Assembly (NCBI RefSeq): GCF_000022265.1
Contig: NC_011979.1
Location: 3,600,001 to 3,632,000, forward strand
DNA from: Geotalea daltonii FRC-32
GTDB lineage: Bacteria > Desulfobacterota > Desulfuromonadia > Geobacterales > Geobacteraceae
Direction: 5' to 3'
Length of the DNA stretch: 32,000 bases
The position numbers and the translations under genes are program-made. Below the pieces are notes generated by a model. That model searched no databases. It had not been told where the DNA came from and saw nothing but the letters and a program-made list of their open reading frames with translations. Position 1 is the first letter of the stretch, and every line of letters begins with the position of its first letter. Below, one piece after another: positions 7,921-16,605 of the stretch.

Positions 7921-7978
7921 TCCTTGAGACCCATTAGGCTTTCCGCCCCACCTTCGCAGGTGGTTTAGTATTATCGTC
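7900..7978 (-). promoter_or_regulatory. GEMM-I class cyclic-dinucleotide riboswitch aptamer (c-di-GMP-I / 3',3'-cGAMP family)
   Basis: The minus strand reads ACUAAACC-ACCU-GCGA-AGGU-GGGGCGGAAAGCC-UAAUGG-GUCUC-AAG-GAGAC-AGCCGGGUUGCCGAAAU. It matches the conserved GEMM-I blocks CAAACC...GNRA hairpin...GACGCAAAGCC...AGCGGGGUUACCGA. It lies in the 5' leader of the 7263-7832 gene. Confidence 0.8.
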
Positions 7979-8094
7979 TATCTGAATCAAATTGGTGTTG
8001 AAAAATCTATCCCATCACGGGCTAATGAGTCAAGATATTTCTCTTCAGGTTGTCGCCTGCCCAAAAGGTGATATAAGCCATCACTCGGCGTTTT

Positions 8095-9246
8095 CTAAAC
8101 CCTCTCATATGGTTCGAAGAGCCGCTTGTATTCGTCCAGGGCAAAGCGGTCGGTCATGCCGGCAATGTAATCGCAGACCACCCGTTCCCGCTCTTCACGC
8201 TCCATTTTCTCCAGATATTTGCGCGGCAGCAGGGTCGGATGGGAAATGTAGACATCGAACAGCTGTGAAAGGTATCGCTCTGCCTTTACCCGCATCCTTT
8301 CCACCTTGTAATGATGGTAGAGGTTTTCCATCAAAAATCTCTTCAGCTGCCGGTTTTTCTCTGCCACCTGAGGGCTGAAACAGACCACCTGGTTGTTGAC
8401 CCGGCGCAGGTCGTCGAGATCCTTGATGTTATTGGTCCTGATGTTGCCCATGGTGGTTTCGGTGATATCGGTGATCAAAAGGCCGATGATGGCACTTATG
8501 GTCTGACACTTCTGCCTGTCGGGATCAATGCCCGGATATTGCTCTGAAATATTCTGCCGGACCTCACGCCACAGATCCACACTCTCCAGTTGCTCCAGGG
8601 TTATGTATCCGGATTTGAGTCCGTCATCTATATCATGATTGTTATAGGCGATCTCGTCGGCAAAATTCATCAGCTGGGCTTCTACAGTCGGAACGATCCC
8701 CGGCAGAAATTCGGCAATGCCACCTTCAGGCCTGTCATAGGGAGAAGAATGCTTGATAATCCCTTCCCGAACTTCCCAGGACAGGTTCAGGCCGTTGAAT
8801 TCCGGGTATCTTTCCTCAAGTTCGTCAACCACCCGGAGTGACTGGAGGTTGTGCTCAAAGCCGCCAAATCCCTTCATCAGCCGGTTCAAGACCTCTTCTC
8901 CGGTATGGCCGAAGGGGGTATGGCCCAGATCGTGGGCCAAGGCCAGGGCCTCAGTCAATTCCTCATTCAGCTTCAACCTGCGGGCAATGCCTTTCGCTAT
9001 TTGTGCCACTTCAAGGGAATGGGTAAGCCTGGTACGATAGTAGTCCCCTTCGTGATTGACGAATACCTGGGTTTTGTATTCCAGACGCCTGAATGCAGCA
9101 CAATGGATGATTCTGTCCCGGTCACGCTCGAATGCAGGGCGGTCGTCGCGCAATTCCTCCGGGTACCTGCGTCCGCGCGAAAGGGCGCTTTTTGCCGCAT
9201 AACCGGCCAGGTCTGGCCTTTCCATCACACTTGCAGCTTCTGACAT
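8095..9246 (-). CDS. dgt: dGTPase-family HD-domain triphosphohydrolase (Dgt-like)
   Basis: The protein shows the dGTP triphosphohydrolase-like family pattern: RDRDRIIHCAAFRRL, TRLTHSLEV, AHDLGHTPFGH, and DY..GMTD at the C-terminus. The RBS GGAGGA lies upstream. Confidence 0.85.
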   Translation of the reverse strand: MSEAASVMERPDLAGYAAKSALSRGRRYPEELRDDRPAFERDRDRIIHCAAFRRLEYKTQVFVNHEGDYYRTRLTHSLEVAQIAKGIARRLKLNEELTEALALAHDLGHTPFGHTGEEVLNRLMKGFGGFEHNLQSLRVVDELEERYPEFNGLNLSWEVREGIIKHSSPYDRPEGGIAEFLPGIVPTVEAQLMNFADEIAYNNHDIDDGLKSGYITLEQLESVDLWREVRQNISEQYPGIDPDRQKCQTISAIIGLLITDITETTMGNIRTNNIKDLDDLRRVNNQVVCFSPQVAEKNRQLKRFLMENLYHHYKVERMRVKAERYLSQLFDVYISHPTLLPRKYLEKMEREERERVVCDYIAGMTDRFALDEYKRLFEPYERV

Positions 9247-9267
9247 TTTATATTCCTCCGATTAAGT

Positions 9268-9460
9268 ACTATTTTGTTTCCATCCGGAAACTCCGGATGA
9301 GAAACTGGTGGTTTCCGATTCGGAAAGAGGGGATTTTTTGTTCTGGCAGGGAAATCAAGGGCTTGCGCGGAGACGTACATCGGTACGTCGCACAAGTAAG
9401 CCCGCAGATTAACGCCGCCAGGGCAGAAAAGAACCCTTTCCGGATGGAAACTATTTAGTA
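9268..9460. repeat. About 190-bp nested palindromic element (element C) in the dgt/rsmD divergent spacer
   Basis: Terminal inverted repeat GTTTCCATCCGGAAA (9276-9290) / TTTCCGGATGGAAAC (9437-9451). Internal hairpins are CATCCGG-aaact-CCGGATG, TTTCCG-att-CGGAAA, and GGGCTT...GACGTAC-atcg-GTACGTC...AAGCCC. Confidence 0.6.
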
Positions 9461-9559
9461 TCAGGTCAGGAGGGTGTCAACAACAAACTTCTCCTTGACG
9501 AGCCCCCCCCTTCATGGTAGGTTTTTAACCTTTTCAAAAATGCTGTTCTATAATAGCAT

Positions 9560-10171
9560 ATGAATCGAGCTTGGCAAAAAAGATCAGGTTCATGGAGAAA
9601 CTGGCAATTGCGCATCATAAGCGGTTCGGCAAAAGGGCGTAAACTGGCTTCGCCCAAAGACATGCGGGTAAGGCCTACTGCCGACCGGGTAAAAGAATCC
9701 CTGTTCAACATTCTGACCAACCTTATGGACGACCTTTCAGCCGTCAGGACATTGGACATCTTTGCCGGAACCGGCAGCCTTGGCATTGAAATGCTCAGCC
9801 GGGGCGGCGCTTATGCCGTCTTCGTCGACAATCACCGCCAGTCTGCAGCCATGATTGCGAAAAACCTGCAGATGCTGGGTTTCGCGGAAAAATCCCGCCT
9901 CATGGTCGAAGAAGCGCTGGTAGCCCTGAGGCTCCTGGAAAGGCAGGGGGATGGATTTGATCTCATTTTTCTTGATCCACCATACAGCAAGGGACACACG
10001 GAGAAAATTCTTGAATTTTTATCCCACTCTTTGCTTGCTACCGATGATACTATAGTGGTTGCGGAGTTTTCGGTGCAGGAAGATATCCCTGCCGGTTTTG
10101 GCCAGTTGCAGCAGTTCGACAGAAGGGTCTACGGAGACACCGTCTTGGCTTTTCTTAAAAAATCAAGCTAG
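9560..10171 (+). CDS. rsmD: 16S rRNA (guanine966-N2)-methyltransferase RsmD
   Basis: RIISGSAKGRKL..P....RPTADRVKESLFNIL, LDIFAGTGSLGIE and FLDPPY are RsmD motifs. The ATG at 9560 has no RBS. TTG at 9608 (LRIISG) is preceded by GGAGAA and may be the true start. Confidence 0.8.
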   Translation: MNRAWQKRSGSWRNWQLRIISGSAKGRKLASPKDMRVRPTADRVKESLFNILTNLMDDLSAVRTLDIFAGTGSLGIEMLSRGGAYAVFVDNHRQSAAMIAKNLQMLGFAEKSRLMVEEALVALRLLERQGDGFDLIFLDPPYSKGHTEKILEFLSHSLLATDDTIVVAEFSVQEDIPAGFGQLQQFDRRVYGDTVLAFLKKSS

Positions 10172-10180
10172 AGGATTAAC

Positions 10181-10666
10181 ATGCCCCTGAAAATAGCTGT
10201 CTATCCCGGTTCCTTCGATCCCATTACCTACGGCCATCTGGATATCATCGAACGTGGACTGAGGATCTTCGACAAAATTATCGTCGCTGTGGCTAAGAAC
10301 TCGGAGAAAAACTCCCTGTTTCCCACAGATGAGCGCATTGCCTTGATCAAGGAGGTATTGGGCGACAGTGAACGGGCAGAAGTCGACACCTTTACCGGCC
10401 TTCTGGTGGACTACGTACGCGATCAGGGGGCAACGGTGATCATCAGGGGATTGCGGGCGGTATCGGATTTCGAATACGAATTCCAACTGGCCCAGATGAA
10501 CAGAAGTATCACCCAGGATATCGAGACCCTGTTCATGATGACATCCGTACCCTATAGCTACCTCTCATCATCCATAGTCAAAGAGGTCAGCTCCCTCAAC
10601 GGACCCATAGAAGGCCTTGTTCCCCCTGCGGTCAAGAAGGCTCTGGATGCGAAGTTCAATCGCTGA
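10181..10666 (+). CDS. coaD: Phosphopantetheine adenylyltransferase
   Basis: YPGSFDPITYGHLDII, RGLRAVSDFEYE and SSSIVKE are CoaD signatures. Confidence 0.9.
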   Translation: MPLKIAVYPGSFDPITYGHLDIIERGLRIFDKIIVAVAKNSEKNSLFPTDERIALIKEVLGDSERAEVDTFTGLLVDYVRDQGATVIIRGLRAVSDFEYEFQLAQMNRSITQDIETLFMMTSVPYSYLSSSIVKEVSSLNGPIEGLVPPAVKKALDAKFNR

Positions 10667-10702
10667 AATAATTTGCCGAAGATGGCACAAGGAGAAGCGA
10701 CC

Positions 10703-10897
10703 ATGATCAACAAGGACATGACCATTGGTGACATTATCCGGCGGTATCCCCAAACCATCACCATCTTCGAGCGGTACGGACTCGATTGCCATGACTGCCA
10801 GATAGCCGATTTTGAGGCAGTGGAGCATGGTGCCTCGGTACATAAGGTGGATGTAGATAAACTTCTTCATGAACTGAATGAAAAAATAGCTCCCTAA
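10703..10897 (+). CDS. DUF1858 / hybrid-cluster-protein-associated redox disulfide small protein
   Basis: MINKDMTIGDIIRRYPQTITIFERYGLDCHDCQIA...HKVDVDKLLHELN contains a CxxC motif. The ATG at 10703 is preceded by AAGGAGA. Confidence 0.7.
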   Translation: MINKDMTIGDIIRRYPQTITIFERYGLDCHDCQIADFEAVEHGASVHKVDVDKLLHELNEKIAP

Positions 10898-10999
10898 TCT
10901 CACCCCTTTCCCCTCCTGGCAAAACCTCAGAAATCCCTTTACATTCAAGGTATAGTTATATATTGTTACTTGTTCAACTACAGGTAATAAAAGGGTAAT

Positions 11000-12799
11000 A
11001 TGGTACTGGATAACATACGCAACTTCTCCATCATTGCACACATAGATCACGGCAAATCGACCCTTGCCGACCGTCTTCTCGAATATACCGGAGCGCTGAC
11101 CGAACGGGAAATGCAGAACCAGGTTCTGGACAAAATGGACCTGGAACGGGAACGGGGCATCACCATCAAGGCCCAGGCCGTCAGGTTGAACTATCAGGCT
11201 AATGACGGCAGGCAATACATACTGAACCTCATCGACACCCCAGGACACGTGGACTTCACCTATGAAGTTTCCCGCTCTCTGTCCGCCTGCGAAGGCGCTC
11301 TGCTGGTGGTTGATGCATCACAGGGGGTAGAGGCCCAGACCCTGGCCAATGTCTATCTCGCCCTGGAAAACGATCTGGATGTCTTTCCGGTTTTGAACAA
11401 GATCGATCTTCCTGCCGCCGAGCCGGAACGGGTCAAGCAGGAAATAGAGGACATCATCGGCCTCGATGCCCATGACGCCGTTCTCGCCAGCGCCAAGGAA
11501 GGCATCGGCACCAGGGAAATTCTCGAGGAAATCGTCAATAAAATTCCGCCCCCCAGGGGTGATGCTGCAAAACCCCTCAAGGCGCTTCTTTTCGACTCAT
11601 GGTACGACCAGTACCAGGGGGTAATCGTCCTTGTCCGTATCCTTGACGGCTCCGTCAAGAAAGGGGACAAGATTCAGCTCATGTCCAACCGCCGTAACTA
11701 TGAAGTCCTCAAGGTGGGTGTCTTTTCCCCCGCCATGTGCGAAGTGGCAAGCCTTTCCGCAGGCGAGGTCGGCTTCATTATCGGCGGCATCAAGGATGTG
11801 CAGGACGCCAAGGTCGGTGACACCATCACCAATCTGCACAACCCCTGCGATGCGCCCCTGTCCGGATTCAAGGAAGTGCAGCCGATGGTCTTCTCGGGGC
11901 TGTATCCCATCGACACCTCCCAGTATGAGCAGTTGCGCGATGCACTGGCCAAGCTGAAACTGAACGATTCGTCTTTTTCCTATGAACCGGAAACATCCCT
12001 TGCCCTTGGCTTCGGCTTCCGCTGTGGTTTTCTCGGCCTTCTGCACATGGAGATCATACAGGAGCGCCTGGAGCGGGAGTTCAACCTTGACCTGATCACC
12101 ACTGCCCCCACCGTCGTTTACAAGGTTCACCGGCTTGATGGATCGATTATCACCATCGAGAGCGCTAACCAGCTCCCCCCGACCCAGGAAATAGAGTTCG
12201 TGGAAGAGCCATTCATCCTCGCCTCCATCCATGTGCCCAACGAATTTGTCGGTGGCATCCTGGCCCTGTGCGAGGAAAAACGCGGCGTGCAGCGAGAGAT
12301 TAAATACCTGACACCGACCAGGGTGATGATTGTCTATGAACTGCCCCTGAACGAAGTGGTGCTGGATTTCTACGACCGACTGAAATCCATTACCAAAGGC
12401 TACGCCTCTTTGGATTACGAGCACCTGGACTACCGGCGCAGCAACCTGGAGCGGCTCAACATCATGATCAACGGGGAGGTGGTAGATGCCTTGTCACTGA
12501 TCATCCACAAGGAAAAGGCCTATTACCGCGGGCGCGATCTGGTGTCGAAAATGAAGGAGCTGATCCCCCGTCAGATGTTCGAAATTGCCATTCAGGCAGC
12601 CATCGGCAATAAGGTAATAGCCAGGGAAACCGTCAAAGCCCTGCGCAAGGACGTCCTTGCCAAATGCTACGGCGGCGACATCACCCGAAAACGGAAACTT
12701 CTGGAAAAGCAGAAGGAAGGCAAGAAGCGCATGAAGAACGTCGGCAATGTGGAACTGCCCCAGGAGGCATTTCTCGCCATCCTCAAAGTAGAAGGATGA
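11000..12799 (+). CDS. lepA: Translation elongation factor 4 (LepA)
   Basis: [35 protein letters not shown], and the LepA C-terminal domain ending ...[11 protein letters not shown]. Confidence 0.95.
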   Translation: MVLDNIRNFSIIAHIDHGKSTLADRLLEYTGALTEREMQNQVLDKMDLERERGITIKAQAVRLNYQANDGRQYILNLIDTPGHVDFTYEVSRSLSACEGALLVVDASQGVEAQTLANVYLALENDLDVFPVLNKIDLPAAEPERVKQEIEDIIGLDAHDAVLASAKEGIGTREILEEIVNKIPPPRGDAAKPLKALLFDSWYDQYQGVIVLVRILDGSVKKGDKIQLMSNRRNYEVLKVGVFSPAMCEVASLSAGEVGFIIGGIKDVQDAKVGDTITNLHNPCDAPLSGFKEVQPMVFSGLYPIDTSQYEQLRDALAKLKLNDSSFSYEPETSLALGFGFRCGFLGLLHMEIIQERLEREFNLDLITTAPTVVYKVHRLDGSIITIESANQLPPTQEIEFVEEPFILASIHVPNEFVGGILALCEEKRGVQREIKYLTPTRVMIVYELPLNEVVLDFYDRLKSITKGYASLDYEHLDYRRSNLERLNIMINGEVVDALSLIIHKEKAYYRGRDLVSKMKELIPRQMFEIAIQAAIGNKVIARETVKALRKDVLAKCYGGDITRKRKLLEKQKEGKKRMKNVGNVELPQEAFLAILKVEG

Positions 12800-12848
12800 A
12801 GAGGATAAAGCAAAGCCCTCAATCTCTGATACAGACAAAGGATAATCC

Positions 12849-13508
12849 ATGGAAGATTACAAGAACATGACATCGGAATCGGCGAAACCAGAGCTGCAGG
12901 TCAAGAAAAAACACATTGTTCGGGAATATGCCGAGTCCATAATTATTGCCGTTATTCTGGCACTTATTATCCGTACCTTTATCGTCCAGGCCTTCAAGAT
13001 CCCATCCGGTTCCATGGAAGACACCCTGGCCATCGGCGATCATATCCTGGTCAGCAAGTTCATTTACGGTACCCAAATTCCTTTTACCAGTACAAGATTG
13101 CTGAAGATCAGGGATCCCCGGCGTGGCGATGTCATTGTCTTCGAATATCCCGAAGACCCCAGCAAGGATTTCATAAAAAGGGTCATCGGCACCCCAGGCG
13201 ATACGATTCAGGTGATCGACAAGAAGGTCTACGTCAACGGCAAGCTGTACGAAAACCCCCACGAAGTCCACAAGGAGAAGGACGTTATCCCAAAAGAGCA
13301 GAATCCCCGGGATAACACCGATCTGATTACCGTACCGACCAATGCCTATTTTGTCATGGGAGATAACCGGGACCGTTCCTACGACAGCCGCTTCTGGAAA
13401 TTCGTCAGGAATGACCAGATCAAAGGGCTCGCTTTCATCAAGTACTGGTCATGGGACAAGGAAAATTTCGGCGTACGCTGGAGAAGCATCGGCAAGCTGA
13501 TCGATTAA
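12849..13508 (+). CDS. lepB: Signal peptidase I
   Basis: It has a single N-terminal TM segment and the S26-family boxes IPSGSMEDTL, GDVIVF, KRVIG.PGD and GDNRDRSYDSRFW. Confidence 0.9.
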   Translation: MEDYKNMTSESAKPELQVKKKHIVREYAESIIIAVILALIIRTFIVQAFKIPSGSMEDTLAIGDHILVSKFIYGTQIPFTSTRLLKIRDPRRGDVIVFEYPEDPSKDFIKRVIGTPGDTIQVIDKKVYVNGKLYENPHEVHKEKDVIPKEQNPRDNTDLITVPTNAYFVMGDNRDRSYDSRFWKFVRNDQIKGLAFIKYWSWDKENFGVRWRSIGKLID

Positions 13509-13534
13509 GGACTAAGGCAGGAAATATGCACTTT

Positions 13535-13581
13535 AAAAAAAAATCCCGGTCACCGAGCAAGGTGTAACGGGATTTTTTTTA
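13535..13581. terminator. Bidirectional intrinsic terminator between convergent lepB and the glycosylase gene
   Basis: A9-TCCCGGTCACC-loop-GGTGTAACGGGA-T8. Confidence 0.6.
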
Positions 13582-14013
13582 TTCTTTCAGCCGCTCCCAC
13601 TCAGCGACAATGCCGGGGACAATGGGAAACAAGGGGTGAGGGTCTGGAAGGGAAATGGACTGGATATTCATTAGCAACGACGGAGCACGAACCTGCAGTT
13701 TCTCTTTCAGGTGAACCCATTCGTACTCCAGCTGTCCCGAAGTGGCCACGATGAGTTCAGCACCCTCCGTCGGACCAATTTTTGTATTATCGAAGGAATA
13801 GCCCCGTTTCAGGGCCTCCCTGTGCACCTCCAGCAGATATAGTGCGATGGAAGCCGCCGGAGCAGCCGTTTGCCGAAAGCGGATCAATTGGGGATGCCGG
13901 GTATAGCCCCGGGTCTGCCCATTGAGAACAGCCTGGGCCAGCAGCGCTTCCCGCCACAGGGCAACCAGTCCCTTCTGGTCCAGGTATTTGGGATGCAGGG
14001 TCCAGAGGCGCAC
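13579..14013 (-). CDS. Pyrimidine-dimer DNA glycosylase (T4 endonuclease V / DenV family)
   Basis: RLWTLHPKYLDQKGLVALWREALLAQ..L.G.TRGY.RHPQL.RF is the Pyr_excise family signature. I chose the start at GTG 14013 (GAGGA, 7-nt spacer). The ATG at 14061 would overlap rluB by 32 nt. Confidence 0.75.
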   Translation of the reverse strand: MRLWTLHPKYLDQKGLVALWREALLAQAVLNGQTRGYTRHPQLIRFRQTAAPAASIALYLLEVHREALKRGYSFDNTKIGPTEGAELIVATSGQLEYEWVHLKEKLQVRAPSLLMNIQSISLPDPHPLFPIVPGIVAEWERLKE

Positions 14014-14029
14014 AATCAGATCCTCATAT

Positions 14030-14752
14030 CTACTTCCGCTCTCCCTGCTGCAGGCGCTCAACCTCTGTTGAACTCAATTCCCGGTACTGACCCGGCTTGA
14101 GTTCCCCTATCTCCAGGAAGCCGTAACGGGAACGTTTCAGCCGGACCACAGTCAGCCCCACCGCTTCGCACATGCGGCGCACCTGGCGGTAACGCCCCTC
14201 GTGGATGGTAATGGAGATCCAGCAGTTATGGTCGCTTTCCCGCACCAGTGAGACCTGCGCCGGTGCGGTCATGCCGTCTTCCAGGTCTACCCCCATCTGC
14301 AGATGCTTCAGTTGCGAAGGGCTCGCCTGGCCCCTGATCCGCACCAGATAGCCCTTATCCACCTCGTGGCTTGGGTGTGCAAGTCTGTTTGCCAAAGCAC
14401 CGTCATTGGTCAAAAGCAGCAGCCCTTCCGTGTTGTAATCGAGCCGCCCCACCGGATAGACTCTCTCCTTCACATCCTTGAGCAGATCGGTGACAATGGG
14501 CCGCCCTTCCGGATCTTTCATGGTGGTCATGTAGCCGACCGGCTTGTAAAGGAGGAGATAACGCTTGCGGGACTCCTGCCTGATGGGCTTGCCATCCAGA
14601 GTAATCCGATCTGATTCGGCATCTGCCTTGGAACCCAACTCGGTGACGACTTGTCCGTTAACGGCAACGCGACCGGCGGTAATGATTTTTTCAGCCTCCC
14701 GGCGGGAGGCGATGCCGGCCTGGGAAAGTATTTTCTGTAAGCGTTCCTGCAT
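14030..14752 (-). CDS. rluB: 23S rRNA pseudouridine synthase (RluB/RsuA family) with S4 domain
   Basis: The N-terminal S4 domain reads LQKILSQAGIASRREAEKII..GRV.VNG. The catalytic motif is VGRLDYNTEGLLLLTNDG. Confidence 0.85.
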   Translation of the reverse strand: MQERLQKILSQAGIASRREAEKIITAGRVAVNGQVVTELGSKADAESDRITLDGKPIRQESRKRYLLLYKPVGYMTTMKDPEGRPIVTDLLKDVKERVYPVGRLDYNTEGLLLLTNDGALANRLAHPSHEVDKGYLVRIRGQASPSQLKHLQMGVDLEDGMTAPAQVSLVRESDHNCWISITIHEGRYRQVRRMCEAVGLTVVRLKRSRYGFLEIGELKPGQYRELSSTEVERLQQGERK

Positions 14753-14764
14753 GTAAATTCCTTC

Positions 14765-15085
14765 TTAACTGTCGGTTCTTTCGTAGAACACCTTGCCTAC
14801 TCTACGGATATGCTCCACCAGATTGGGATTGGTGATTTTATGAAACAGAGAAAGGTCTATCTTGTAGGGAAGCAGGAGGTCATCCAGCTCGTTCGCAAGG
14901 CGCAGCATTTGTGGATGAGTCAACTCATTGCCGATGATAGTCAAATCGATGTCGGAACCGTGGCGATAATTTCCTTTTGCGCGCGAGCCATAGAGAATGA
15001 CCTTCTCTATTTGCGGACAGGAGGTAAAAACTCCATTTATCTTCTCGATGGTGCTTTCCTTGAGACCGAAGCGCTGGTCACTCAT
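14765..15085 (-). CDS. Minimal nucleotidyltransferase (MNT/MntA-like antitoxin of HEPN-MNT type VII TA)
   Basis: YGSRAKGNYRHGSDIDL carries the GS-X9-10-DxD pol-beta NTase motif. The protein is 106 aa. Its start overlaps the upstream HEPN stop by 8 nt. Confidence 0.8.
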   Translation of the reverse strand: MSDQRFGLKESTIEKINGVFTSCPQIEKVILYGSRAKGNYRHGSDIDLTIIGNELTHPQMLRLANELDDLLLPYKIDLSLFHKITNPNLVEHIRRVGKVFYERTDS

Positions 15086-15503
15086 TCAAACCGCCCTGGG
15101 AATCGGCCAGATGTTGCATTGTTTCCTCTAATGCCTTGAAGAGTGCGAAGTAGCGATTGACGATATTCTCGGCTATGGTGCGGGCAGTATCTTCATTGTA
15201 GGTGTGCACTGTGAGGTTGCGGTCCTTCAGCATATCCATCCAGCCGTCCCCGTCAACGATCAGTTCAAGGGCGAATGCCTCTCGGATGGCGTCTCGCGAC
15301 CCGTAAATATTCCGGTTGCCCTGCTCGCGCAAATAGTCGCGAATCACGTTCCAACCCAGTTCGTAGGTGTACTCGAAAGCCTGGATAACTCCCTGCTCTT
15401 CAAGCTCGCTCAGATTACCCTTATCGACAAATTTCTTCAATTGGGCCAGAGCTTTGTTGTAGTTAGCAAATCTTTGCTGCCAACGAATGTCATCCCTGTC
15501 CAT
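15078..15503 (-). CDS. HEPN-domain protein, HI0074 'nucleotidyltransferase substrate-binding' family (HepT-like toxin)
   Basis: DIRWQQRFANYNKAL at the N-terminus, and the Rx4H motif in LKDRNLTVHTYNE. I chose the start at ATG 15503 (GGGGGAAAGG upstream). The ORF-track extension to 15599 runs through the accA terminator. Confidence 0.8.
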   Translation of the reverse strand: MDRDDIRWQQRFANYNKALAQLKKFVDKGNLSELEEQGVIQAFEYTYELGWNVIRDYLREQGNRNIYGSRDAIREAFALELIVDGDGWMDMLKDRNLTVHTYNEDTARTIAENIVNRYFALFKALEETMQHLADSQGGLNE

Positions 15504-15540
15504 GAAACCTTTCCCCCAACATGAATGAAGAACTCTGCGT

Positions 15541-15571
15541 AAAAACAAAAGGCGGGAAACCTTCCCGCCTC
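15541..15571 (-). terminator. Intrinsic terminator downstream of accA
   Basis: The minus strand reads AGGCGGGAAGGTTTCCCGCCT followed by TTTGTTTTT. It lies about 18 nt after the accA stop. Confidence 0.65.
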
Positions 15572-15588
15572 GATGCTTCATCTGCTGG

Positions 15589-16545
15589 CTATTCCACAAA
15601 CCGTGACATCTTTCTGAATTTCTGGTAACGCTCCTCGATCAGCTGCTCGGCGGGAATCTTGCGCAGCTCTTTCAGGTTCCTGGCCAGGGCCTGGTGCAGG
15701 TTCTTAGCCATTGTCTCATGGTCCCGATGGGCTCCTCCCAGGGGTTCCTTGACGATCTCGTCGATGACCTCCAGCGCCTTGATATCCTTGGCCGTCAGTT
15801 TCAGCGCCTCGGCTGCCTGCTCACCCTTGGTGCCGTCGGACCAGAGAATGGCTGCGCATCCTTCAGGGGAGATAACCGCATAGACCGAATGCTCCAGCAT
15901 CAGAATCCGGTCGCCCACCGCTATGGCCAGCGCCCCCCCCGAGCCCCCCTCGCCGGTGATGACAACGATGATCGGCACTGTCAGGCGTGACATCTCCCGC
16001 AGGTTGCGGGCGATGGCTTCGGCCTGCCCCCGCTCTTCTGCACCGATGCCCGGGAAAGCACCCGGTGTGTCAACAAAGGTGATGATGGGCAGCTTGAACC
16101 TTTCAGCCATTTCCATGAGACGTAGCGCCTTGCGATAGCCCTCAGGGTTAGGCATGCCGAAGTTGCGGAAGACCTTTTCCTTGGTGTCTCGCCCTTTCTG
16201 ATGGCCGATAACCATGACCGGCTCGCCGTCGAGCCTTGCCAAGCCACCAACTATGGCATGGTCATCTCCAAAGTTGCGATCCCCATGCAGCTCGTTGAAC
16301 TCGGTAAAGATAAGCTCAAGATAATCAAGGGTAAATGGACGATTGATGTGGCGAGCTACCTGGGCGGTCTGCCAGCGGCTGAGATTGGAATAAATATCAG
16401 CCTGTACCTGCTCTGCCTTTTTCTCCAGCTTGCTGATCTCGGTCTTCAAATCCAGGGTATCGTTTGATAGTTCGTGCAGCTCCTGGATCTTGCGCTCCAG
16501 GTCTGCCAGCGGTTTTTCAAACTCCAGGTAGGTCTGTGTCGCCAT
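15589..16545 (-). CDS. accA: Acetyl-CoA carboxylase carboxyltransferase alpha subunit
   Basis: [23 protein letters not shown] and [18 protein letters not shown] are AccA motifs. Confidence 0.95.
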   Translation of the reverse strand: MATQTYLEFEKPLADLERKIQELHELSNDTLDLKTEISKLEKKAEQVQADIYSNLSRWQTAQVARHINRPFTLDYLELIFTEFNELHGDRNFGDDHAIVGGLARLDGEPVMVIGHQKGRDTKEKVFRNFGMPNPEGYRKALRLMEMAERFKLPIITFVDTPGAFPGIGAEERGQAEAIARNLREMSRLTVPIIVVITGEGGSGGALAIAVGDRILMLEHSVYAVISPEGCAAILWSDGTKGEQAAEALKLTAKDIKALEVIDEIVKEPLGGAHRDHETMAKNLHQALARNLKELRKIPAEQLIEERYQKFRKMSRFVE

Positions 16546-16605
16546 TTATTCGGGTCTCCTTTAGGTTGCACTGAATTTGAACCAGACATTGGTGAACTAA
16601 CTGGG

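Noticed and set aside
10568-12424. Minus-strand ORFs of 226 and 275 aa overlapping DUF1858 and lepA
   Set aside because: They lie opposite the highly conserved LepA frame and are shadow ORFs.
15504-15599. 32-codon N-terminal extension of the HEPN ORF
   Set aside because: It would run through the accA terminator hairpin and overlap the accA stop. HI0074-family proteins begin close to the DIRW..RF motif, and the ATG at 15503 has an RBS.
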